NCBI GenBank assembly: GCA_009914755.4
Contig: CP086569.2
Span: forward strand, 19,360,001-19,424,000
Source: the human T2T-CHM13v2.0 reference genome, Homo sapiens
Direction of reading: 5' to 3'
DNA: 64,000 nt
This document shows, piece by piece, positions 52,821 through 64,000 of this stretch; the stretch's first letter is position 1; each line of letters begins with the position of its first letter. The notes beneath the pieces are model-generated. The model saw only the letters and a program-made list of their open reading frames with translations, was not told where the DNA came from and made no database searches. The translations under genes were made by a program, and so were the position numbers.

Positions 52821-53649
52821 TCTACCACACTCTTGAATGCTAGTGTCTGATACCTTTGCTGTTTGGATGTTATCCCATTAATCTCATGAATCTTATTTAT
52901 ATTTGCTCCTCTGACTGTGTACTTTGAATTGACCTATCTTTGAGTTTTGCTGCTTGACCATTTCTGTTGGCATTGCTGTCAACTGCATTTTTTATTTTGT
53001 GGTGTTTTATTCTTCAAGATTTTTGTTTGTTTTTTTCTCCCATTATTTTAACCTCTCAGGTAAGTTTCTCTGATAAATTTCAGAATCCTTTGTGTTTTCC
53101 TGAAGTCCACTGCATTGTCTTAAAATAATTATTTTGAATTCCTTGTCAGGCAATGTGTCCATGCCCGTCTCTTGTGGGTCAGTCACCACTGACACCTTAT
53201 TTTGACCACTCGATGCCATCATCTTTCTCTCATCGATCCTAATCCTTGGGACTACGCATCAATGTCTGCACAGTGATGTAGGTGCCTAATTCAATGTTCA
53301 TGGTTTGGCTGTGTTTGGAAGCTTTCTTCCACGGTAAGCCTGTCCAGAGATTCAGGGCAAGGAGAAGAAGGAAATTAAGGTGTTTAAGTCTAAGATAGCT
53401 TCAGCCCTGGTAGCACTAGGGGAAACACTAATGAGCAGACTTTCATGGTTGGTGTAATTTGACCGGCAAAGCTGAGTCAATGCCAGGCTCCATCTGTAGC
53501 ACACAGTTGAGCAATGGGTGCACTCAAGGTCTGTAGCTTCCATGGTCTGCCCTGTGTCGTTTATTTGGTGCCTGAAGTTACTGCAGTCAATCAACAGGAA
53601 TATTGACAGGAACTGAAGTCCATTCTGCTGAGGTCATAGTTTCTGATCT

Positions 53650-53873
53650 GTTGCCGGGGTTGGTCTATAAGGTTAACCCTGAGTATCAGCCTCCTAAAGT
53701 GCTGGGGTCAGGGGAAAGGGATATAAAAGTCCCAAGGCAAAAAAGCTCTATGCCTACTACCTTTGCACAAGCAATCCTCCCACCTCTGCCTCCTGAATAG
53801 TTGAGATACAGGCATGTGCCTCCATGCCTCCCTAACATTTTTTTGTGTATTTCCTTGTTGTTACTGTTGTTGT

Positions 53874-53905
<32 letters not shown>

Positions 53906-53990
53906 GCTGTTGTTGTTGGGCTCAAGTGATCTACTCACCTCAGCCTCCTAAAGTGCTAGGATTACAGTATGAGTCACTATACCCAGCTAA
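53650..53990 (-). mobile_element. Alu fragment plus Alu (antisense) whose A-rich linker is replaced by a (GTT)n microsatellite at 53858-53917
   Basis: …CAGCCTCCTAAAGTGCTGGGGTCAGG…GCAATCCTCCCACCTCTGCCTCCTGAATAGTTGAGATACAGGCATGTGCCTCCATGCCTCCCTAACATTTTTTTG…(GTT)~18…GGGCTCAAGTGATCTACTCACCTCAGCCTCCTAAAGTGCTAGGATTACAGTATGAGTCACTATACCCAGC. The (GTT)n run accounts for the poly-Thr/Asn ORF 53686..53925 (-). Confidence 0.7.
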
Positions 53991-54927
53991 AATTACTTTC
54001 TAAGACTTAATTTTTAGGTCATTTATTTTTATTCAGTCTTATTTCTCATAAATACAGTTCAGAATGTTATTGCTTTAGAGTTTCTCTTTGGGTATTCCTG
54101 AAGGAATAAATGGACTGTTGATATTCATTTTCTAAATGGTGTTATAAAATGAGTAATTACTTTAGGTAAGTGATGACTATTTGGCCTCTTTTTGTTTTCT
54201 AGCTTCATTTCATTGTGTATGAAGAGTGTATTTTTTTAACCCACCTGCATATGTGAAATGAAGTTTTACTCTTTCAACTGAATGTAGTACAGAATTGTTT
54301 AAACTGATTATTCAACTACTTCATAATTTTGGTTTTCTTTCTTGTGCATATTCGTCTAATTATTCGCAGAACAATGTCAAAATTAAATTAATTTGCTTAT
54401 GAAAAATTTTTCTGATAAAATTACATACATACATGCAAACAAAAGCACATACACATGTAACACTTAATTTCTAAAACTTTTAGTTTTTCTTCTTCTCTAG
54501 TACCTGGTATTCCATCACTCAGCAAAATCTGTTCAGTTCTACTTCCAGGATTTACTTTAACTCCACAGCTTATTTCCTACTTTCTGTTATCACCATAATC
54601 TAAAACACAGTTTATATTACATTTGCCTCCTATTTTACTCTGTAATTTCTTACTTTACACTCTAACTTTCTATAAAAAAGAAGCTACATTTTCAAGGTCT
54701 AATTCAGGTAATTTGATTTTTTCTTTGTTGAGAAATCTTTCTATGTGCTGTCACACCTTATAGCATCAGATATGAATGTATCTATCTAATTTCATCTGTT
54801 CCAGCTATTTTCTTTGAGGGAATATGTATAGAAGTTTATAAATATGAATATATATGTATTCCCTTATTATTTGTTTTTCCCAGGAGTAATATATGTTTTG
54901 CATGCATAGATTTACTAAATCCCTGAT

Positions 54928-55853
<926 letters not shown>

Positions 55854-56489
55854 AAAGTATGCAATATCCATAAAATATACATATATACTTTCACAGAACA
55901 AAGAGTAAAGAGGCTGGATATGACTTTATAAAGATACTCATAAAAATATAAACAGCAAAGTCTTGGAAGTAGTTTCTAATAAAATTGATTTTTCTCCTGT
56001 TACTATGCATTAGCAATTTTTATTTTCTTCAATATAATTGTACAAATTTTTAAACAAAACAAAACAAAATCAAAAATCCCTCTGGGTCCAAAATCTGGGC
56101 AGAAAAAAAACCCATAATGCATTTTTCACCTGGTACACTTTTGGAACATGTGCCTTTAATTTAACAAGTGTTTGTAATCTAGCATATACATTATCAGCGA
56201 ATATTTTCTTTTCAGAAAGAGTACTTACCATAGTTTTCATTCTGTACTTAAGGAGAACCTGAAAGAGAAGTCTTATGAGCATGCTCCTACTTATATTAAT
56301 TTAAGGTAACCAAAGTGTTTCTCATTAAACTGACTAACAGAAAACCACTCATATTAATGCATCTTAAAGCACAAAACCTGTTCTCTTAAAAATAAATCAT
56401 CAGGTTAATAACGTAATATATTAATTTACATTCCTACCAATAGTGCACAAGCATTCTCTGTGCCCTACATTCTCAAAAACACTTGTCGT

Positions 56490-57480
56490 TTTTCATCTTG
56501 ATAGTAATGGCCATTCCAACATGTGTGAAAGCAGGTCTCATTGTTGGTTTCAATTTGCATTTCCCTGATGGTGGTGTTGAGCATCTTTAAACATGCAGTT
56601 GTTCAGAAATTAGCCGGGTGAAGTAGCACACACCTATAATCCCAGCTACTAGGGAGGCTGAGGCAGAATTGCTGGAAACCAGTGGGTGGAGATTCAGTGA
56701 GCTGAGATCACATCACTGCACTCCAGCCTGGATGACAGAGTGAGAATCCATCTCAAATCAATCAATTAATCAATATTTAATTTAGAGTTGTTTGCTAGTT
56801 GTATGTCTTCTTTTGAGAAATGTAAATTCAGGTCCTCTGTCCATATTTCATAGGCTTAATTTTTGTTGTTGTTGTTGTTAAGTGGCTTGAGTTCCTTGTA
56901 TGTATTTATTATTCACCTTTTATCATGTATGTGGTTTGCAGATATTTTCTCCAAGTGTTTTAGTTGTCTCTTCAATCTATTTGTTTCCCTTTTCCCTTTG
57001 CAGTGCAGAAACATTTCAGTTTGATGTAATATGATCCAATTGTTTTTTGTTGTGCTTTTGTAGCCTGTGCTTTTGGGGTCATAGAATTGAGGTTTCAAAA
57101 ATAAAGTTAAATTAAACATAGAATTACCACATGATCCAGCTACTCTACTTCAAAATATGTGCTCAAAGCATATAAAATTAGCATGTCAAAGAGATAGCTG
57201 CAGTCCTATATTCATCTCAGCGTTATTCATAATAGCCAAGATACAGTAACAACCCAAGGGCTCATCAACAGATCGACAGATAAAGTGTGGCACATATATA
57301 CAATGAGATATACTACACAGCCTTAAAAACAGGAGGAAGTCCTGTTACTTATTTGTGACCAAGTGAATGGAAATGGAAGATATTATGCTCAGTGTAATAA
57401 GAGAGGCACAGAAAGACAAGTATAGGGTGATCACAATTATATATAAAAAAGTTGAACTCATTCAAACAGTGAATATGTCA
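56490..57480 (+). mobile_element. LINE-1 3' fragment (sense; C-terminal ORF2 plus 3' UTR, old L1M/L1P-like), interrupted by an Alu
   Basis: CATGTGTGAAAGCAGGTCTCATTGTTGGTTTCAATTTGCATTTCCCTGATGGTGGTGTTGAGCATCTTT…, cf. L1 CATGTGTGAAAGCAGGTCTCATTGTGGTTTTGATTTGCATTTCCCTGATGACTAATGATGTTGAGCATCTTTTCATGTG. Downstream …AATTACCACATGATCCAGCTACTCTACTTCAAAATATGTGCTCAAAG…TATTCATAATAGCCAAGATACAGTAACAACCCAAGGGCTCATCAACAG…GTGTGGCACATATATACAATGAGATATACTACACAGCC matches the L1 3' region (…CCATTTGACCCAGCAATCCCACTACTGGGTATATACCCAAAGG…TATTCACAATAGCAAAGACATGGAATCAACCTAAATGCCCATCAACAG…TGTGGTACATATACACCATGGAATACTACGCAGCC). Confidence 0.8.
56607..56765 (+). mobile_element. Alu right-arm fragment nested in L1
   Basis: AAATTAGCCGGGTGAAGTAGCACACACCTATAATCCCAGCTACTAGGGAGGCTGAGGCAGAATTGCTGGAAACCAGTGGGTGGAGATTCAGTGAGCTGAGATCACATCACTGCACTCCAGCCTGGATGACAGAGTGAGAATCCATCTCAAATC. 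Confidence 0.75.
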
Positions 57481-57482
57481 GA

Positions 57483-57650
57483 TATGGTGGCTCATGCCTG
57501 TAACTCCAGCATCTTAGGAGGATGAGATGGTTGGATCACTTGGGGTCAGAAGTTTGAGGACCCAGTGAGCCATACTTGTGCCACTGTACTCCAGCCTTGG
57601 CAATGCAGCACGGCCCTGACTCTAAACAAACACGGAAAAAAAGAGTCCGA
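57483..57650 (+). mobile_element. Alu (internally deleted)
   Basis: CAGATATGGTGGCTCATGCCTGTAACTCCAGCATCTTAGGAGGATGAGATGGTTGGATCACTTGGGGTCAGAAGTTTGAGGACCCAGTGAGCCATACTTGTGCCACTGTACTCCAGCCTTGGCAATGCAGCACGGCCCTGACTCTAAACAAAC. Confidence 0.7.
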
Positions 57651-57807
57651 GATTGGAGTGAGGGGTGGTGATAGGAGTGGATAGAGAAAGGGGAGATGTT
57701 CATCAAAGGGTAAAATATTTCAGTGAGAAAGGAAGGAGTTCTGGAGATCCACTGCACAGAATGGTGACCACAGTTAATAAGTCAACTTCAAAGTTGCTTA
57801 ATAAAGA

Positions 57808-58050
57808 AAAGGGCAGGCATGTTGGCTCATGTCTGAAATCCAGGCACTTTGAACGCCTATGGTGGGAGGATCACTAGAGGTCAGGAGTTCGAGACCATCC
57901 TGGCCAAAATGAGGAAACACTGTCTCTACTGAACATACAAGAATTAGCCAGGTTTGGTGGCATGCGTATGTCATCCCAGCTACTCGAGTAGCTGAGCAAG
58001 AGAAAAACTTCAACTCGGGAGACAGAGGTTGAATTCTATCTCAGACAAAT
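57808..58050 (+). mobile_element. Alu SINE (3'-truncated)
   Basis: GGGCAGGCATGTTGGCTCATGTCTGAAATCCAGGCACTTTGAACGCCTATGGTGGGAGGATCACTAGAGGTCAGGAGTTCGAGACCATCCTGGCCAAAATGAGGAAACACTGTCTCTACTGAACATACAAGAATTAGCCAGGTTTGGTGGCATGCGTATGTCATCCCAGCTACTCGAGTAGCTGAGCAAGAG. Confidence 0.8.
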
Positions 58051-58693
58051 AGGTTGTTTAAAAAGTAGAATTTATATATTCTTACCACAAGAAAGAAATG
58101 GTAAGTATGTGAGGTGATAGATATGGTAACTAGCCCAATTTAATTCTTTTGCAACATATACATGCATTATAAAATCAGTTTGTGTCCCATAAATATTTAC
58201 ATTTGTTAATTTAAAATAAAAATTGTAAAAGAATGAATTATAATTAAAATAAAATGGGCTTAATGTATATAGACAGTAATATATGCTAAAGGTTTCTTCT
58301 ATTTTGACTATTTGGATTCTGTTATTTCTTGGGGAAACAATCACAGTGGGAAGGGATGAAGAACGCTAAAGCTTAATGTTATATAATTTACATTATTTTG
58401 TTGTTGTTTTCTCCTTTTTTTTTTTTGTTTTCTACCAACCAATGGAGACTACTTTCTTATTCACACTTTCTTTTGTGTTTCTTTCTCATGAGAAATCACC
58501 ACCAACAATAAAGCTCCTGTAGATTTGTGTATTATTTTTCTGCTCCTATCTATGACTCTCTTCACCTGTCCTTTGGATTTCAGAACTTCTTAAAAGACTG
58601 ATTTACTTATTATTTGTTATCTCTCTGTACCATTACTTCTTCACTCTACCTACAGGATCATTATCCTTACTCTTTTATTTTAGTTTAGTTTAA

Positions 58694-58953
58694 TTTTTTT
58701 TGAAGACGGAGTCTCTGGCACAATCTCAGCTCACTGCAACCTTAGCCTCCCAGATTCAGGTGATTCTCCTGCCTCAGCCTCCTGAGTATCTGATGTTAGA
58801 GGCATGTACTGCCATGCTTGGCTAAATTTTGAATTTTTAATTGTGATGGGGTTTCACTGTGTTGCCAAGGCTGGTCTTGAACAAACCTCGAGTGACCCAC
58901 CACCTCAGCTTCCCAAAGTGCTGGAAGTACAGGTGTGAGCCACCAAACCAGGC
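58694..58953 (-). mobile_element. Alu SINE (antisense)
   Basis: TTTTTTTTGAAGACGGAGTCTCTGGCACAATCTCAGCTCACTGCAACCTTAGCCTCCCAGATTCAGGTGATTCTCCTGCCTCAGCCTCCTGAG…GGGGTTTCACTGTGTTGCCAAGGCTGGTCTTGAACAAACCTCGAGTGACCCACCACCTCAGCTTCCCAAAGTGCTGGAAGTACAGGTGTGAGCCACCAAACCAGGC. Confidence 0.8.
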
Positions 58954-59435
58954 TTGATCATTTTCTTTACTAGATCTACATGCTGTTAGTCTTAGTCCTA
59001 GATACGGCACTCTCAACTCATTTGTTTATTTGCCGTGATAACAAGACTCATGGAAAGAGTTTGCCCTGACAAGGTTTAATTTTATTTCTCTTAACCCTCT
59101 TTTCTTCAGGCATTTACCCTGTTTTTTAGAATCATATCTTATACTTGTCACTAAATCCCATATTTCACTTGTCTGTTGCATATTACTCAAGCAGTCATGT
59201 GTATCTACAGAACTGATTCACACCCTCATTCCTGAAATACTATTTTGCTTTGGATTACATGACTCAACTTACCTCTGATTTCTCTATTTAACTTTACGTG
59301 CCCTGTCTTTCATTTTATCTCATAGATGTCTGTTCATGAGACCACTAAGGTAACTACACAGAATACCTCTTCCTCCTTCCCTTGCTCATTTCCCTTTTCC
59401 CTTCCTTTTTTCTTTTCTTTCCTTAAGAAAATGTT

Positions 59436-59590
59436 CACCCAGCCTGGAGTGCAGTAGTGAGACCTGGACTGACTACAGCCTCAAATTCCTGGGCTCAAGA
59501 AATCTTCCTGCATTTGTCTCCACAGTAGCTGAGACTACAGATGCACACCACCACACCTGGCTTTTTATTGATGTTGTTTTGAGACAAAAG
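59436..59590 (-). mobile_element. Alu fragment (antisense)
   Basis: TCACCCAGCCTGGAGTGCAGTAGTGAGACCTGGACTGACTACAGCCTCAAATTCCTGGGCTCAAGAAATCTTCCTGCATTTGTCTCCACAGTAGCTGAGACTACAGATGCACACCACCACACCTGGC. Confidence 0.6.
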
Positions 59591-61153
59591 CCTCTTCTGT
59601 TTTAAACTTGTAGTTCTAATGAATTCAACCAGTGTTATGACCTTTGGATTCCTATACATTATGCTTTTATTTTTTTACAAGCACCCCAAGATTAAGATAG
59701 CTAAATTGATAACTTCCCCTGAACTTCTTTACACTTTCTACATGCCTCTCTCTTCCATCACTATCTTGTCTAAAAATACATCATCTGTATAACATAAAAA
59801 CTGAGGTATTCCAAATATATTATTTTCCCTCATATCTTTCATATTTTATCTACAATAACTTTTTTATTATATACCACTTACAAATTTTTTTTCTTGTTGC
59901 TGTTTATACATTCCAGTTGAGGTCATCATTCATTGTTCCCTAAATGATAGTATCAACATCTTAATTTATTTCCTACTTCAACTGATTTCTCACTGAGGGT
60001 CTAGAATTATTCTTCTTTTCAATGGATAAAACACATCTCTTTTCTTTTTCTTTCTATTCTTCTTCCTTTCTGCTTTACTATTAACTGTTATTGTATACAG
60101 TGAGGAGCTATTTCAGTGTTATTTACTATTATATCCACCATTTTAAGCTAAAATTCAGAGATATAATAACTTCTCTATAAGTGCTTAATATTATAGTAAA
60201 AAATGCAACTTTGTAATTTCAGTGTTAAATATTTGAATACCACGTCTATAGATTATTTATGAAACAAGATTTCAGTTGAGTTGCAGATAAGCTTATGTTA
60301 ATTTTTTATTCACTCCTTCCATTTCTATCCATCCTAGCTATAAGACATTTAGAGGTGGGAACTTGGCATACTCTTCCCTATACTTGAGAGCCTGTTGAAG
60401 TCACATGAATAACGAAATGTACACTGACCATTTAATTCATATAACTAAATATAAATATTTTATATTTAAAATGTATTGAAAAGTTTTTATTGCTTAAATT
60501 TATTATGACAGCTATTATTTAGATTTTTCATTATTTAAAACTCAAACAATACAGGAAACAAACATGTAGGGAAATCTCAAGTAATTCATTATTTATTGTT
60601 CTTTTTATCACAGAAGACACAAGCCATCTCCTTACTGGTTAGGGCCATATTATCCAGAACCGTCAGAACATTTCACTTTTCATTTCCCATTGAAATCTGA
60701 GGAGTGTGTTTTGAACTCTATAGTGAAATGCCTACAACTACCCAGTGTAACTCTGTCTTCTTAGGAGGGTATGATTCTGCAAGATGAATATGATAATGTC
60801 CTAAAATATCACCCTTACATTTAATTATATAAAACACCACTAATGCAATAATAATACATGAGCTGAACGTTACATAGTCTAATTATAAAGTTAATTTTTA
60901 CACTCAAATAGTTGAGTTAGAGACTGTGAGATTAAACTGGTGGAAGATGGAACTTAATTTTTTGTAACAACTACCATACCGTGGTGAAATGAATTAACTG
61001 AGCTCTTAATAATTTGGAAAATAATAAAGTTATATCTATTAAAATTACTAACAAAAACGTACATTTCTTAACTGTTTCTTATTATGTGAAAGACAGAATG
61101 GCTCTCGTGATAATGATGGAAGCAGCCTGAAATAAAATCTAACAAAACAGTCT

Positions 61154-61433
61154 GGACATGATGGCTCATGCCTGTAATCCCAGCACTTTGGGAGGCTGAG
61201 GCAGGTGGATGACTTCAGGTCAAGAGTTTGAGACTAGCCTGGCCAAAATGGTGAAACCCCCTTTCTACTAAAAATAAGAACATTAGCCAGGCGTGGGGGT
61301 GCATGCCTGTAATTCCAGCTACTCAGGAAGCTGAGATAAGAGAATCCCTTGAACCTGGAAGGCAGAGGCTGCTGGGAGCTGAGTTTGGACCACTGCACTC
61401 TAGCCTGTAGGACAGAAGGAGACTCCATCTCAG
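61154..61433 (+). mobile_element. Alu SINE
   Basis: GGACATGATGGCTCATGCCTGTAATCCCAGCACTTTGGGAGGCTGAGGCAGGTGGATGACTTCAGGTCAAGAGTTTGAGACTAGCCTGGCCAAAATGGTGAAACCCCCTTTCTACTAAAAATAAGAACATTAGCCAGGCGTGGGGGTGCATGCCTGTAATTCCAGCTACTCAGGAAGCTGAGATAAGAGAATCCCTTGAACCTGGAAGGCAGAGGCTGCTGGGAGCTGAG…CACTGCACTCTAGCCTGTAGGACAGAAGGAGACTCCATCTCAG. Confidence 0.9.
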
Positions 61434-62044
61434 AAAACCTCTCTGAACATTAAAAAGCAAGGCAAATTTAATCAAGTTTCTATTTTATGCTGTCATTAGA
61501 GTTCATTGGGTTAAAAGTGCAGAGATATAAGGAAGAGAAAAAGACCTCAGACTTGACTTTTGGAGCTCTGGAATCTAATAACATAACTCAGGAGTGTGTT
61601 TAATGAAGAAAGACCTGACCTCTAAGTCTGGGCGAGACAGTATGTGTCATTTTAACTTCCCATCATCACCCACTCCATGGCTTCATGGCCACTGTGAAGA
61701 AGATTAAATTATAGATGCAGCTTTTGATGCATATGGGGAAAATAGAGAGCTTATCTCAAAGAATTATGGTTGTGTGATTTAAAATGTCTGAGGTTCCCTT
61801 GGAGATTATTAGCTCAGAGGCTTTTCTTTAGCCCACCTCAGAGCTTTCTTGTGGGCAGAAGTTGACTCCCAGGAGGCATTTATGGAAAGGAAATATACTA
61901 GTCAGAGCCACTTGCAGCAAGGAAAAAGAGTCAGGTCAAGCGGTACACAAACAAAAGGCCTGCAAGAAGAGTCTGGGAAGAAAATTGAGGCGGAAAATCA
62001 GCTTTGAAAAACTCTCACGGTTTATTGTTGTTTGTTTTGGATTA

Positions 62045-62370
62045 GGTTTTAAATAGAGACAGAACTTGCCCTGTGGCCCACGTTGGAGTCCGCTGGCATG
62101 ATCGTGATCCACTGCAGCCTCAACTTCTTTGGGTTCAAATGAACTTCCCACCTTAGCCACCTGAGCATCTCGCCTATCTGGACTCCACCTATCCTCCCCT
62201 GTCAGCATCTCACAGCATAGGCATGGGCCACCAGAACCAGCTTATTTTTGTATTTTTTTAAGCAGAAGAGATCTTACCATGTTGTGAAGACTGGTCTCGT
62301 ACTTCTGGCTGAAGTGATTTGTTCTCCTAAGCCTTCCAAATTGGTGGGATTACATATGTGAACCACCACA
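62045..62370 (-). mobile_element. divergent Alu (antisense, old)
   Basis: TTTTAAATAGAGACAGAACTTGCCCTGTGGCCCACGTTGGAGTCCGCTGGCATGATCGTGATCCACTGCAGCCTCAACTTCTTTGGGTTCAAATGAACTTCCCACCTTAGCCACCTGAGCATCTCGCC…GCATGGGCCACCAGAACCAGCTTATTTTTGTATTTTTTTAAGCAGAAGAGATCTTACCATGTTGTGAAGACTGGTCTCGTACTTCTGGCTGAAGTGATTTGTTCTCCTAAGCCTTCCAAATTGGTGGGATTACATATGTGAACCACCAC. Confidence 0.6.
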
Positions 62371-62892
62371 CAAAGACTCCTACTGGTATATTTAGAAGGA
62401 TATAAGTATGCCGGTTTTTGGATGCATGCATGGAGAAGACCCCAAAGCTTTTCACTTTTCCCTGAGTTTGGGCTAAACACTAGAGTTCCTCAAAGAGTCC
62501 ATATCCAAAGTCTGGGCAGTTTTTCTTTTCTTTCTTTTCCTTTTTTTTTTTCTTGGATTGTTTTTAAAAAATATGTCGAGAATAGTAGACCATCAAAAAG
62601 GTGACAGAACACAGATTAAGTGGATATACAACACAAAGAATGCAGACCACAAAAATAGCTCTGGAGGGTTGCTACACAAGTAAACAACCCACAAACTAAG
62701 GAATTGTGGATGTTAAGAATTTGTTATCCAAATATGCTGAATACTATCCAATATTTCAATTCACTTCATTTTACTATTCTCAAAGACCTAAGGGAACCCA
62801 GGAGTACAGTGATTCAAAACTGAAAATACCAGTAAAGACATACAGATTATTTTAAAAATGAAATCAATAACCTTGAAGTTACTAGGAAGCTG

Positions 62893-63940
62893 TGTGATTG
62901 AAAGTCAGTCACTCAATCACATGATCCTGGGATTTTCCTCTACATGTGGGACTACCCATACCTTGCAGCATTGCTGTGAGTTCACCTGAGCAAGACACCT
63001 GCACATGGTGGTGCTCAGGAAATGTTAATTTCCCTTTATTGAAATGGAACAACCCATGGGTATTATGTCTTGAGGTCTGGATTACAGTTGAGCAAGATAC
63101 AGAAGACGTTGTAAACCCTGAGGAGGCATCACTGATCACTGGGAGTCTGGAAAGGCAGCAGAGAAAAAGTGACCTGCAGCTGGAAATGGCCAATGGGTCT
63201 GTTACAGGAAGTTACACAGGCATGAGTGGGGCAGAAGAGAGTTCTCCCATCCACCTACCAGGAATGTCAGGCCATCGGGTAATGGTTGGACAGTTATCAC
63301 ATTGCTTTTCTAAAAATAATAATTTAGCAGCAGAGCCAGGGATAGACAAGTTCCTACTGATACACAGCTGGTAACATTAAAGTGTTAACTAAAGTCACAC
63401 TCCCGGGAGGGGGAAAAAGGGCTTCTAGTAAAATTTTACATACTGGGTGAGTGAACTGAGACATGCACATTAAGAGACGAAATGGTACAGCATGACTTTC
63501 TGGGGTCACTCCACCAAAAAAAGGGAGGAAGCTTCAGATGGGCATGCATATAAATGCTCAAACACACTGCCTATGCTCACTTCTCAAGGGTAAGGAGGGC
63601 ACTGTGCCTGCTGGCAGCCCACACTTAGGAAAGAATCATGGAAAAAGGTGCACCAGATGCTCAAGGTGGGCCAGCCTATAAAGTCCCAGAATGAAGAGAA
63701 ATGGCCACACTTGTTCTTCAAGTCACCCACTTGGATCTCTTCCAAGTGCACTTTTCATTCTTTCCTGCTCTAAAGCTTTTTAATAAATGTCCACTCCTGC
63801 TGTGAAACTTGCCTCAGGATTTTTTTTCCTTCTTTATGCCCATCAGTTGAACTCTTTCACCTGAGGAGGCAAGAACTGACATTGCTAAAGACGCAGATGG
63901 ATTTGCTGCCAGTAACTCCGATACTTTCCACCAGTAACAG
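62893..63940 (+). mobile_element. possible solo or terminal retroviral LTR (U3-R-U5-like layout), family unassigned
   Basis: The segment begins with TGTG… and has a purine-rich tract GGGAGGGGGAAAAAGGG at 63406-63422. A TATA-like box GCCTATAAAGTCCC lies near 63695. About 90 bp downstream is the poly-A signal CTTTTTAATAAATGTCCACTCCTGCTGTG near 63793, then a CA-terminated U5-like region …CCACCAGTAACA near 63938. ORF 62946..63374 (142 aa) lies inside and has no recognisable homology. Confidence 0.3.
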
Positions 63941-64000
63941 ATCTAGGAGCTGGTGGACATAGTTGCTGAAGCATGTGTCCAGAATGTTTCTGCCCAGGCC

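Larger units (their letters stand above)
49555..53640 (-). mobile_element. LINE-1 body (antisense, old L1PA/L1PB-like), missing the last ~1.2 kb of its 3' end, with two nested antisense Alus
   Basis: The + strand matches reverse-complement L1 ORF2 at several points in the right order. 49640-49700 has …TCTGATGTACAGTTTGCAAATATTTTCTCTCATTCTATCACTCTGGTG…, cf. rc-L1 …TTTGTCAGATGAGTAGGTTGCGAAAATTTTCTCCCATTTTGTAGGTTGCCTGTTCACTCTGATGG. 50110-50200 has GAGTTAATTTTTGTACGTGGTGAG…TTTTCCCAGCACCACTTATGGAAGAG, cf. GAGTTAATTTTTGTATAAGGTGTAAGG…TTTTCCCAGCACCATTTATTAAATAG. 51300-51420 has …TTTTCCCAGTATTGTGTTGAGGATTTTTGCATTATGTTTATTAGATATAGTGGCCCATAGTTTTCTC, cf. GCCAGTATTTTATTGAGGATTTTTGCATCGATGTTCATCAGGGATATTGGCCTAAAATTCTC. 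51950-52260 matches the rc of the EN-domain region. The assignment beyond 52830 is less certain. Confidence 0.8.

Noticed and set aside
62946-63374. 142-aa ORF as a possible gag or env remnant of the putative LTR element.
   Set aside because: I recognised no retroviral motif (no CCHC, YXDD or env TM/SU signature). It sits in the putative U3 region, where long chance ORFs are common.

Overview
This 64-kb window is primate (human-type) nuclear DNA from an AT-rich, gene-poor region, not a prokaryotic or phage locus. I found no CRISPR array, no operon structure and no defence-system genes. About 35 Alu SINE insertions are recognisable from the GGCCGGGCGCGGTGGCTCA...GAGACTCCGTCTCAAAAA consensus, on both strands, and two of them carry clear target-site duplications. 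There are four LINE-1 fragments. One is a 5' UTR plus ORF1 piece whose ORF1 translation I can align to L1 ORF1p. A roughly 4-kb antisense L1 body contains nested Alus. The other two are 3'-end fragments. There are many microsatellites: (TTCC)n, (GGAAA)n, (GATA)n, (CA)n, (AT)n(GT)n, (GA)n, (GTT)n, and a roughly 215-bp near-pure polypyrimidine tract. I can support two gene-like relics. The first is a U1 snRNA retropseudogene with an A-rich tail. The second is a roughly 900-bp intronless region whose conceptual translation, interrupted by stops, keeps the ordered signature motifs of a vomeronasal type-1 receptor (V1R) and is therefore probably a V1R pseudogene. I cannot support any intact protein-coding exon. 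Nearly all long entries in the supplied ORF track are translations of Alu, L1 or microsatellite sequence, and the track also uses non-ATG starts. Other items worth a second look are a CpG-retaining GC-rich block that looks like a retroviral LTR, a second LTR-like segment with TATA and AATAAA at the window end, two recent tandem duplications of 67 bp and 275 bp, a palindromic TTACGTAA-containing TA-rich tandem unit, and a near-consensus AluY with a perfect target-site duplication. I did not recognise any previously undescribed biological system. All family assignments come from reading the sequence against consensus sequences held in memory and need confirmation by RepeatMasker, BLAST or Pfam.
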